This document shows positions 35,001 through 46,173 of a stretch of 64,000 nt of DNA, one piece after another. A program made the position numbers and the translations under genes. The notes beneath the pieces are model-generated. The model saw nothing but the letters and a program-made list of their open reading frames with translations. It searched no databases and was not told where the DNA came from. The DNA is from Monocercomonoides exilis PA203 (taxonomy: Eukaryota > Protista > Preaxostyla): assembly GCA_001643675.2 (NCBI GenBank), contig LSRY02000016.1, forward strand, positions 310,001 to 374,000. Direction: 5' to 3'. How positions within the stretch are numbered: the first letter of the stretch is position 1; the number at the start of each line of letters is the position of its first letter.

Positions 35001-38000
35001 ATTCAATTCGGCAAACACTTCAAGTGATGAAATCAGCTTAAATGCACAAAATAATGAAGACAGTTCTTTGGGAGAATTTTTAACCTTTTCAGAACAAAAT
35101 GACTTTGCATTCTCAAACGAAAAACAGTTTGAAGAAAATGAGGAAAAGCAAGAAAATGAATCATTTTCAAACAAAAGGAACTTATCAATTAGAAAGCATC
35201 TAAATATTCCAAAATTTGATACTTCAATAAATTTAAAGCAGATTGGAGATTCTGCAATCAAGAATTCGCTCACGAAATATTCAGATTCATCAACTGTAGA
35301 TTCAGTACAGCAAGATCAACAGAATAATCCAATTTGTAGTGAAGAAAACAATAGTGAAAACGCCCTAGATTTTAGTCAAGATTCAATAAGGAATAACGAA
35401 GAATCAAATAAATCATCTAATTCTTCCGAAGATACAAATAACTTAGAAAAGAAAAACAACGACGGAGAAAAAATTAACGAAAAAGAATCAACAGATAATT
35501 CGAAAGCAGAATCACAACTATATGCAGCGGGCTTGGACAAAAGAAAAATATCACCAAATAAGACCAATCTGTTGCAAAATGATGGTTCGTTAGCCGGTTC
35601 AACACATTCTGATGTATCTTCATCAGCTCAGAAGAAAATTCTTCCTACGCGTCCTTCGCCGCATCAAAAAGCAAATCAAAGTTCTGAATTGGATTCGTTT
35701 CATGTGACTCAAGCACCACTTTCAAAAACTTTCAGCTTTTCGAATTCGAAGCACATTAATCAATCTTCGTCACAACCTTCAAGCGAATCAAGCGAAAAGA
35801 AAATGGAATCCTCATCATCTCATTCACAAATAAAACCGAAAGAAGTTAAGGATTTGCAATCACTATCTGCGTCAACAACGGGAGTTGAACAACGAGCAAC
35901 ATCTCAGTTGATGCAGAATGTTAATGAACAAAAAAGCGTATTAAAACCGAAGGGAGTCGAAAAAACAATAGCTCGTAAAAGGAAACCAGATAGAACTGAA
36001 AGTGTTGATTCTGCGCAAAAAGAAGAGAAGAGCAACCAACATTTTCCCGTTACAAGGCTTTCATCTTCTTTGCAAACGAGAAGCGAGGCCAGAACTAAGT
36101 TTGAAGAGAGCAATCACAAACACTTACATGATGAAAATGACATAGCCAAAAGCACAAAAGATTCTGATGGCGAACATGAAAGCAATCAAAACAAGGAAGT
36201 TGAACATCCATATCACACCAGAATTAGAACAAGGAAAGCGGTTGCAGACTTTCCAGAATTTCGAACTTCTTCATTATCTCAAACACTTTCAACTCCGTCA
36301 ACCTCAACTTTTCTGGCAACGCAAGAGGATGCAAATTCAACCTCTTCATACGAAAGCCTTGACACATCCAAAGATGAGCAAGAGGAGAAGCATGCTTATG
36401 AAATTAGGCGCTCAAATCCAAGACTGAAAAGAATTAAAAAAAGTCAATTTAAAGTCAAACATATTGACATGCAAACGATAAATTTTGATCCAGTTGGAAA
36501 TAAATTAAAGGAAGCAATTCGTTTTCATCAATCTTCAAGCGAAAAAGATAACACATCAAAAGAGGACAATCGAATGGAAAGTGAAGAAGAGAATAATGAA
36601 ATAGTCAATAATGTATCATTGATGGAAGAAAACAAAAATTATCAGAATAGCTTTCCAGAAATATTTCAGCAATCATATCCAGATTTTGAATATGTTGAAT
36701 GCCAGGAAGAACCTGATTCATCAACAGACCTCGATACTATTTCTCCACATTATTTATTCCCACAAAGTAAATTCAAAAAGCTATTTTTTGGAGAAAAAGC
36801 TGAAAACACTCTAAAAGTTGAATCTTCTCAGTTTCCAAAAAGCAATACGGAAAATAATGAGAATCCGTTGTCTCATTCATTGTTTGAACATATTGATGCG
36901 AATAAATCTAATTTAGCTCAAGAAACATTTTCTAAAGAAGACAAAAAAGCATTTCTTGATAAATCATGCACTTCAATAAATCATTTGAACAAGGCAGATT
37001 CAAGTTCAATGAATCAGTCACTTTCTTCTGTTTCTCCTCCAAAGAGTTTTTTCCAAATGTCTCCGTCTCCAATGATTTTATTTTTCGATTCACTTGACAC
37101 TTCAGAGAATCCGTTTCTTTATTCTCGTGCTGCTGCAATCATTCGTGGTTATCTGACACACGAAGGTTATTATCGCGTAAAGCGTTGTTTTGATTCATCA
37201 TATACTGTTTTTTCAACTGCTGCAATGCCAGCTTCTTTGCCACTTGTACCGTTGCAACGAAATAATTGCGATTGCGGAATTTTTATGTTGAAGGATGTTG
37301 AAATGTTTGTAAAAGGATGGGTGAAACAACAGGAAATCGAACGAGAAAGAAAAGAACTGATACAAAAGGCTAAACTTGAAAACATGACAAATTTGTTAAC
37401 GAAATGTTGCAATTATAATGCAACATCAGAAATCTTAAATGTTGAATCAAAAATGGATGAAATGGACAGGTCTCCATCTTCGCCGTTGATGCCGCCTGTA
37501 ACTATAGCAAAGGCAAAACTTTTGAATGTTTCATCATCTGATCTGCCGATACGACCTTCGATCTGTTTGGACTCAAGCGTTGGATCAGAAACGATCGATT
37601 CATCAGATTTGCGATCACTTTTTGCGCATGGCATTGTTTTCTACACAAATGGAAAGATTAAACTCGTCAAAGATCGTTTAACAGTCTTGAATGAAGCAGT
37701 GAGAGAAAAAGAAAGGAAAAATGAAGTGGAAAGAGAACTACATCGAAACACAGAGCTTGCAAAACAGTCTGAAAAAAGAAAAAGGACGAAAAAGAAGAAC
37801 GAAGGAGGAAAAGAAGATTCTGAATGGAAGGAAGCGAAAAAGAAAAAGGCAGATGAAGAAAACGAAGTGCTTCCTTCAACGTATGTGGCTTCATCTTCTG
37901 CATTCGGAGAATATGAGAGAGTGGAAAGAGGGTTGATTGAAATGGGATCTTCTCCCGAAGAATGGTTTGGATTGAGAGAAGCATTTTTGCTGAGATTTGA

Positions 38001-38205
38001 TTTGGAGGATTTGATAATGCTTTTTGCAATATTGGAGTACGTTGATGGCAAAAAGAAGAACATGTTTTGTGACAAAAAGGGGAGATTGATGCGGTGGATG
38101 TGGTTAGAGATGGACAGCGTTTGCATGCAGTGTGGATGCATTGACGATGGAATGAGTGCTGGTGGGCTAAAAAATAGAAGAGGTGTTTTCTGTAAGTTCG
38201 GATAG
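20043..38205 (+). CDS. Giant (~6000 aa) Ulp1-family (C48) SUMO protease, ULP2/SENP6-7-like, mostly low-complexity; probable exon 1 at 20043-20064, intron 20065-20191
   Basis: C48 motifs occur in the correct order: YP....DPVLLTVRDVERLRQGRWLNDNIITFYIRYL (~28800-28920), RIHVFNTFFF (~29155), YNRVRNWTKKKDLFQNDFVLIPINEDNHWSLAVVCYP (His at 30934), MILFFDSL (Asp at 37087), VPLQRNNCDCGIFML (Cys at 37273). ATG 20043 with a GTTTGC...GATAG intron joins in frame and removes the AT-rich pseudo-N-terminus shown in the ORF track. Confidence 0.85.
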
Positions 38206-38674
38206 GAACTGAAAATGGTTGTTGTGAAATTAGTATTCACAACATGATTAATGTTGTAATTAAATTTTCCGTTTCTTCAACAACAATCTGTTTTTAGAAA
38301 AGCTGAATGGACTTTGGATGTCAAAGCTATTCAGAATTTTCAATATTTTCATTTTTATAATTGAAATTTACAAACTTTTTAGTTCTTTTGGATTTGTGAT
38401 CATTTAATTAATGTTCGTAAATTCGGGGTAAATAAATTTTTATCCGCATTTAAAAGAACATGACTTTATTTTAAAAATATTCGTTTCTTACATAAAAAAT
38501 TTTATAAATGCCACCTCTTTATCATTATGGAATTTGATTTTATTGATTTCAATGATCTTCTTCAAATTACATAGCTGTAACAATTTTTTAAATAAAAAAA
38601 AAAAAAGCGAAGGTTTGAACTTAATCCAATTTCATATTATCAAATAAACAAAAATCTATTGAAGTGCAATTTAT

Positions 38675-41600
38675 TTACTGAGTTTCCTCAGCTTTAGCCG
38701 TTGCATCTTCGCCTTCTTGATGCGAGCTTATGTCTGTTTCTCCAGATGCCTCCTCGCTCTCATAAGGAGATGCTGGTTCTTCTTCCATTTCCTCATCTTC
38801 CATTGGCATTTGATCTTCTTCTTCCTCAGGTTCTTCCGATCTTCTTTTCTTATTTCTCCGTTTTCTCTTATTTGTCTTTTTCGATTTATTCCTGCTTGAT
38901 CCATAATCTTCGTCTGCTGACGTATCGTCCGCAATTTGATCAGTGTCTTCGCTATCTTCATGTCCCTTTCTTCTTCTCTTCTTCTTCTTACCCTCACCAG
39001 CGTCTCTCCTGCGCTTTCGTCTTTCAGTTCCTTCTTCACCTGCATTCTCTTTCATTGCCTGGTTTGTTTCCAGCTCTTTCCACCGAGCTCTCAACTCCTT
39101 CATTCTCAAGTCGGCTTGGAGTGCTCTTTCATTTCTTTCTCTTTCTTCTTCTTCTTTCTTCTTCATCTCTTGCTCTTTCTCGCTGTCGATAACTCTCATT
39201 CTCTCCAGCTGTTCTTCTCTTCTCTTTCTCATTGCTTCAATCATCTTGTTACTCTTTTCCTGTGCCAGCGACATTGCCGCTGCTGCGATAACCTGCAATC
39301 TTTTGATGAGACGCTGAGCCTTTTCAATCTGAGCAGCAATACACAACAGGACGTGAGAAATCAACGTTGGTGGCAGATTCAAAGGTCCAAATGAAAATTC
39401 TGGAAGAGAAGAAAGATGATAAAGTTTAGTTGCGTTGGTGGATGAGTTTTGCATTGAGTTCAGAGAAAGAATAGATGTTGACGATGTGTTTCTCTCTTCT
39501 TCTGTGCTGGGCACCAAAGAAGAAACATAAAGAGCAGTTGAGGCTGAAGTGGTGTAATGAATCATATCTGCAACATTCAAAATCTCTTCAAAGTTATTTC
39601 GAGGCAGTTTAATCACTTTTCGCTTTAGCATTTCTATATCTGCTCGTGCAGATTCACTCCCTGGTCTTGCGAAGTCGCTTCTTCCTGCAATTTCCTTTTC
39701 TAATTCTAACTTTATGAGTTCTAAAGCAGAGTTAAACCAATGCTGAGCATCATTAAGATCATTTGCTGCACCACACATGCGAGTCCAACCACGCCCATCT
39801 CTGTCGACAAGAAGGTAGATGGAAGGTAATTTGTCTGAAGAAGCAGACGCAGAAATAAGTTTTTGTTTTGCTTCAGCAACAGCCTCTTTATTGTCTCCAT
39901 CGATAATCATGATGTTATCTGCATCAACTTCTTCCTCCTCGCACTTTTCGCTCGAAGAAGCAGAATCTGCATCATCAGTTCCTTTTTTACCATCTTCATT
40001 GGCAGATTTTTTTTCACCTTCGGCTGTTGCAGATTGTTTGTTTTCTGGTTTTTTCAAAACCATTTTCGTAAGAGCAGCATCAATCATCTTCTGAGCGCAA
40101 GTCAATAAAACAATAGCTGTATTATATTTTGGTGTGATAGCATTTGGGAAGTTACGAATAGTTCTCAATGCAACTTTTCTGGCCTTTGACCACTCATTCA
40201 GTGCGCAATGAGCTCGTACGAGTTGTGTGAAAGCTGACAAATCTCTTCCAAAAAGAGTTCTTTCGAGAGCATTTGACAAAATTTGCACAGCTCCCCCTGG
40301 CTGGTCACCTTCAATCATCGCCATAGCAATGTTCAGTTGCATGTACGGTGGAGGAAACACAAATGGAATTGGTATTGGAAGTGTAACAGATGACAGCGCT
40401 TCTTTGGCACGTGCATCTCCTCTTGAGCCAAGCAACATGGAAGGTGAAAGTGAAGTGGTAATTGGTATCATTTTGATGGCTGGTGGCTTTTTCTCGGGTG
40501 GAATTGGAGCAAACTGAATAACACTATCCCATCCAAATCCTCTTGTTGCTATATTTCCGCAACCAACTCCCACAGCCATTCCACAATTTGTGTTTACGCG
40601 CCACAACACGTTCTTTGCAGCGAAGTCGTTATCTTTTTGTTTGGAATCAGAAGAAGTTAAAAAGTTGCTCTTTCTTGAGCCTTGCATCGAAGAAAGACGA
40701 GACGAAAGCGATTCTCTTATTCTAATGAAGGCATCAAGTGCATGTCTTGCATGGCCCGTCAGAACTAGGCAAACAGCGGCACCGTGTGCAGCGATTGTAT
40801 TTGTGGGATCAGCACGCAAAACATCCATAAACATTGTGAGTGCATTCTTTAAGAGCCCTTCTTTCGATCTCTGTGTTCTGGAAGCTGAGAAAAGAGGAGG
40901 GATGATTGGAGAAGAAGAAAGCATTTCCAGCTGTGCATCTTCTGGCGCTTGCGAAGTTTCAGAAGATGATGAAGCAGAATTTTTCGTTGATTTTTCTTCC
41001 TCTTTTTTAGCTTCCTTTTCGTTTTCTTCTATTTCCATCTCTCCTTCCTCTTTATCGTTGTGAGACTTTGTCTCAGTCTCTGATGGATTTAACGGCTCTG
41101 GAACAGTATTTTCTTTTTCCTTTTCCTTTTCTATTTCATTTATTTCATTTTCTTTGTGTTCCTCATTTTCGTTCATCTCTCCTTTTTTGGATTCTGTTTC
41201 CATTTTTTTTCTTTTCTCATTCGCTTCTTGAAGCTGGCCCAAGGCCATTGTTGCTGAGGAAGGCGATGCAACACACAAAGCATCCGTCATCGCATTCAAA
41301 GCCAACCCACAAACAGAATAAGAATTCCATCTCTTCCCGTGTTTCTTTTCCTCAATCTTCATTGCCTGCTTGAAATATTGCGCTGTGCCAATATCATCTC
41401 CTCTATCAAAGGCAAGCTGTGCCAGCAGCAGCTGTGGATCGACCATGTCAGGATGCGCTTCTGCAGCCATTCGAGCTTCACGTTCAGCTGCAGCAGGCAT
41501 CTGCAGCATCCGATAGATCTCTGCCAGACGCATTCGCGAGGCCAGATGCGTTGGGAGTGTCTGAAGATTCTGCTGCAGAGCAAGCACCGCTTCTGGAATT

Positions 41601-44100
41601 CTGCCAGTCGATTCCATCAGAAGCGCAACATTATGAACACAAGCTGGTCGAAACAGCTGAAGTGGGTTAGTCACACCGGCTTTTTGAAGGATCTCTTCTT
41701 TTGACAGCTGAGGAGGATTTGATTGCGCTGATGCTGATTTTGCTGAAGAAGAAGCAGACAACTTGGCATTTGCGGCTTCAATGGCTGCAGTATCTACAAA
41801 CGGGCACAGCGAAAGCGCTTTGCTGTAAAATGTCTGTGCTTCGTTTATACTGCCCATCAGATGATGCAACGCTGCATAGTTGTTATTCAGTTGAATCAAA
41901 GGAAGTCCAAACAATTCCTTTTCTTGCTTGTCATCTTCTTCATTGCTCTTCTGTAATTTGCTTAGCTCTTCTTTCATTGATGCCTCCTCCTCGTCGCTGA
42001 TAATTACTGTGGATGGATCATCAAGCATATCATCTTCAGCAACTCTTTCTTTGTTGTCTTCCGGATTTCTGTTTAAATATTGCTCTCTCTTCTTCTGTTT
42101 TAATGCGAGTGCAGTTTCAATTACATTGATTCGCTCATTCCTTTGCAGACGGACCTTATCTAACTCAAGTTTTTTGGCTTCAAACAATGCATCTGCTGCA
42201 AGAACGGAATCTCCCAATAGCGTAGTTGCGCGTTGGGGATCGGTGATGCGTATCAACGAGGCAAGCTGTGCAGCTGGGCGAAAGTCCATTCTCACAAGCA
42301 TCTCCAAAGTCAACCCAGAATCAGTGGAAGAAACAGAAGCAGAAGCTGCAGGTGTTGTAGTTGTTGATGATTGCTTTGCGGCAGCCAAGGTCAGAGCGTA
42401 GATCTTTTCTCTGATGAGCAACAGATCGCTTTTGTCTCTCTTCAAAGCATCCAGAGCATATGCAAATGCAGACAATGCTTCCTTTGAGTGGTCGATGCCA
42501 AAGTGAAGGGCTGTCCGAGCAAAGCATGATGCAGCCTGTTTAAAGTTCCCTTTCTTCAAGTGCAATTGGCCAATGAAAAATACACAAAGCATGTGGACAT
42601 CTCCTTCTGGGACACGTGAATGTCTGCTTGACATTGCACTTGCAGAAATAGCAGCCTTTGCTTCGGCTGAAGAAGAAGACGATGCGCTTGCAGAAGTTGC
42701 GCCAAGCCTCAGTCTGGTTATCAGAGTGTTAACAGCAGAATCTGGTGAGTCTTCAATTTCAATTTCCTTCATTCTGTCTCCATCGCGCACTCTCTTTCTC
42801 AGTTTTTCTTCACCTGTTTCCTTCTCGTCAATATGATGTCCCAGCCTTTTCCTCTCTGCAATCCACAGCCTATTCGAAAAGACATAATATTCAAAAGCCA
42901 AGTCAAACTTGCTTTGAGCATGCAGCACTCTTCCTAGGTGAAACAATGCCTCACTTTGAATCGAATGAGACATTCCACAGGCTTTGAAGTTCATCAATGC
43001 CATTTTATAACCTTCTGTCAGTTTGTGCTGATAGAAAAAGTGAGAAGCAATTTCATTCTTCACAACACGGTTGCTTGGAGAAACGTCCATTGCTCGCTTG
43101 AACGCAAGGACAGCAGCCTTCACATGATCCTTGTCTGTGTCATAGTTTAATTTAATCAAGCCTAATCCAACATATGCTTCTCCAACATTTGGATCCAGCT
43201 CAATCACTCGTTCAAAACATTTCCTTGCTTTTTCAATCCTTCCCAATTTGTAGTAGCATTGCCCCAGCCCCAAACGAATGCGCGGAGATGCCTTTTGAGG
43301 ATACAGCCGTAGAACATCTGCATATGTTTGAAGAGAAGCGAAATAGTCGCCTAGATAAAATTTCACATTCGCCTTTTCAGCAAATAAATGATCATGAAGC
43401 AAAAGTAAAAAATGCAAACTGATGTTTGCAAACCTGCATGGTAAGTGTAAGTTCATTTCTATGTCCTGCTTCAAATACTGTTTGAAGATCTTTATCGGCA
43501 CTTCGATAATCTCCTCGAGCAATTTTTACAAGACATTTCCCAATCCAGCTGAGATGATGAGAATGATCAATTTTATCAACTTTAGTGTAAATCTTATTCG
43601 CTTTTTCTGAGAATCTTTCAAGTTCCCGTTCATTTGCTGCTGTAAACATTTTCTGAGTATAATATGCAGCAAGAGATTGATATGCGGCAATGCGCATTGA
43701 TTTTGTGCCACTTTTTTCCGAATCTTAAATACATACAAAAACACATCACAGTTTACAACAAAAGCCAATTAAAATGAACAAGGTGCAAAATATAAACCGG
43801 GATCAGGAGCAGAAAGAATTATGTCGCAGAATGCCTCAGGGCGACCATGCGCATAATACTCATGCTATAAATTAAAAACAGTTAAAATAAATATACACAT
43901 AATATAGATACAAGATGATCTCTTTAAAATGAGCATTGAAAAAAGTAACAAACAGCAAGCTCCAGCCATGTATCAAGGGGAACTTGTTGAGATTTAAGAA
44001 ACTGCACAACAGGCTCAACTTGTTCTGGAAGCTTATTTGAAGATAATACTGTAGGCTTTAAAACGTCCTTTGTGGGTATAGTTATAATTCTTGAATTCAT
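38675..44100 (-). CDS. CTR9: RNA polymerase-associated protein CTR9 (Paf1 complex TPR subunit); 4 exons (44100-43954, 43864-43798, 43723-43434, 43372-38675), ~1733 aa
   Basis: The N-terminus MNSRIITIP...KLPEQVEPVVQFLKSQQVPLDTWLELAHEYYAHG and the TPRs RIRLGLGQCYYKLGRIEKARKCFERVIELDP...KNEIASHFFY...QSEALFHLGRVLHAQSKFDLAFEYY and VLRADPTNTIAAHG follow CTR9. Charged coiled coil and Lys/Arg/acidic tail. The introns keep the frame. Confidence 0.88.
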
Positions 44101-46173
44101 AATATGAATATTATTTATTTAAGATCAAATTTTTAGAAAAACAACAAAATCACTTTCATTTTTTATTGAGAAAAAACAAGTTAAACATAGTCATTTGAAT
44201 GAAAAATAAAAGGAAAGATGATAATTATATTATTCTCAAGCTTCAAACATTAGCTTTAATAATTTTTTTCTTATTTGATTCCAATAAATATCAAAAATAT
44301 TGACTTTGAAAAAAAAAAAAACAATCGAAAATATGCAGCACATATGTCTTTAAATATGAACTAATTTGTGTGCTGTATATTATTCCATGTCAGTAAATTT
44401 TTGATAATTTGCTCATTGAATGATAATTTTTCACAAAAACCCAATATTAAAAACGAAACATATCGACTTTTTGAGAAAGCTTTGAAGAGCCGAGAAGAAT
44501 TAGAATCAATTTATCCTAAGAAGGGGCGTAACTGCTCTGAATTGTTATATTGCTTCAGATATAAATATATCAGCTGCAAAATTTCATTGCAGCAATGAGC
44601 TCAAAATACAATATTCACAGAGCAGACGCTTTGATGCAGCTGGCGCACGACAACACTTTGTGAAAAGGTAAACTCCATTTTAGGCGATGCTATCAAGAGT
44701 GTGAAATGTGTTGCTTTCCACCATAAATCTGGATTAATTGTGTTCAGGAGCATTGAGCATCTTATTTTTTGATTTCAATGCCATTGGGCAAAAAGAAAGA
44801 AGAAAGCATGCGCAAATCAAGCAAAAGTGGAGTGGAAGAAAGCAAAAAAGCATAGCAAGCAAAAATGCTTCAATGCACATTTTTTTGAAGCGATAAATGC
44901 GCAATAAGGATGACTTTGCTGACTGCTTATTGCTGAAGGATGCAGCGCCACTACTGTTTCTATCACCAGCGGGGAACAAATTGTTTTTGCTGTGAGCAAA
45001 TGAAGATATACTGCATGCAAAACAGCCAGTATTATTCGAGATCCATTATCTTTAATGGCTTGCAGGCGAGCGATGCAGAGCATCAACCAGGCTCCGATGG
45101 ATGAGGGAAAAGAAAGATTATGGCCAAAAGGAAGCAGAAGCATCAGTCTACAGCCAGCACAGAAACAAGGGAAGGGAGGCAAGCTGAACAAAGACAAAGA
45201 AGGATTCGAGTCGATGGAGGAGGCAATAACGCAGAAACAGAATCAGAAACAGGGAAATTGTATGAGGTCCGTGGCGGGATGAGTGCTCCGAAGATGTGGC
45301 AAGAAGGATGAAATGAAAAGTGTGTTCATGGCTGTGCGAACAAATTCATGGATTTATTGTTTTGTTTTTATGAAAATGAGATGGTATTTGATGCCTTGAG
45401 TGCTTTGCTGCTTTTTTTTCCTGGTTTTGTGCAAATTGTTCTGTCAAAATCCATTGTTGTGGAGGATGTTTTTGTAAAGATATTTATTGGATAGCTGCTT
45501 CAATTTTGGAAAAGAAAATTCAGAATTGTTGTATTTTTGGCGACTATTTTTTTTATCACTCTGTTTTCTTTTTGGTTCATTTTCTTTTGAAATTACGAAA
45601 AAAATACAAAACGAATGTATTTATTTTTGCAGGCTGTGCAGAAAGCTCGTTTCAGTGTTTCAGCACTTTTTTCGTGATGAAGAAAGCATTTAACTTGGAT
45701 CTTCTTGGAGAAATGGAAGCAAAAGACAAAGCGAAGGAGATTCTGAGAAAAAGATTGAATATTCCCCTATGAATGCTCCAGCATCAAAAAAAAAAAAAAA
45801 AACGTTTGATGATTTTTTATTTTCAACTATTCTTATATAATCTTGATTTTTGTTTTTTTGTTTTTGTTTTTGTTTTTTTGAACAAGGACTGAAAAGTGAG
45901 CAATCCTGCTATTAACTTGAATGAAAAAACAAGAGGGAAAAATAACAAAATGAACCATGAAATCTAAAAAAGAAAAAAAAAGAAAAGAAATTGATACTTG
46001 TTGAAGAAAGAAGACACAGGAAAGAGAGTTTGTGGAAAAGAAATTTGAAATATTTTTATTATATAATTTTTTATTTCAAATCCGATAAAATAGGGGTCTG
46101 TGATCTTGGATCCGTCGTTTATTTTTGTGATTCGAAATTTGAACTGTTGTGAAGGAGTGCGATTGATTGAGAA

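Noticed and set aside
30960-37060. Intein or nested mobile element as the protease insert
   Set aside because: No Hint/HN-C/S splice motifs, endonuclease or transposase motifs were seen. The sequence is low-complexity and looks disordered.
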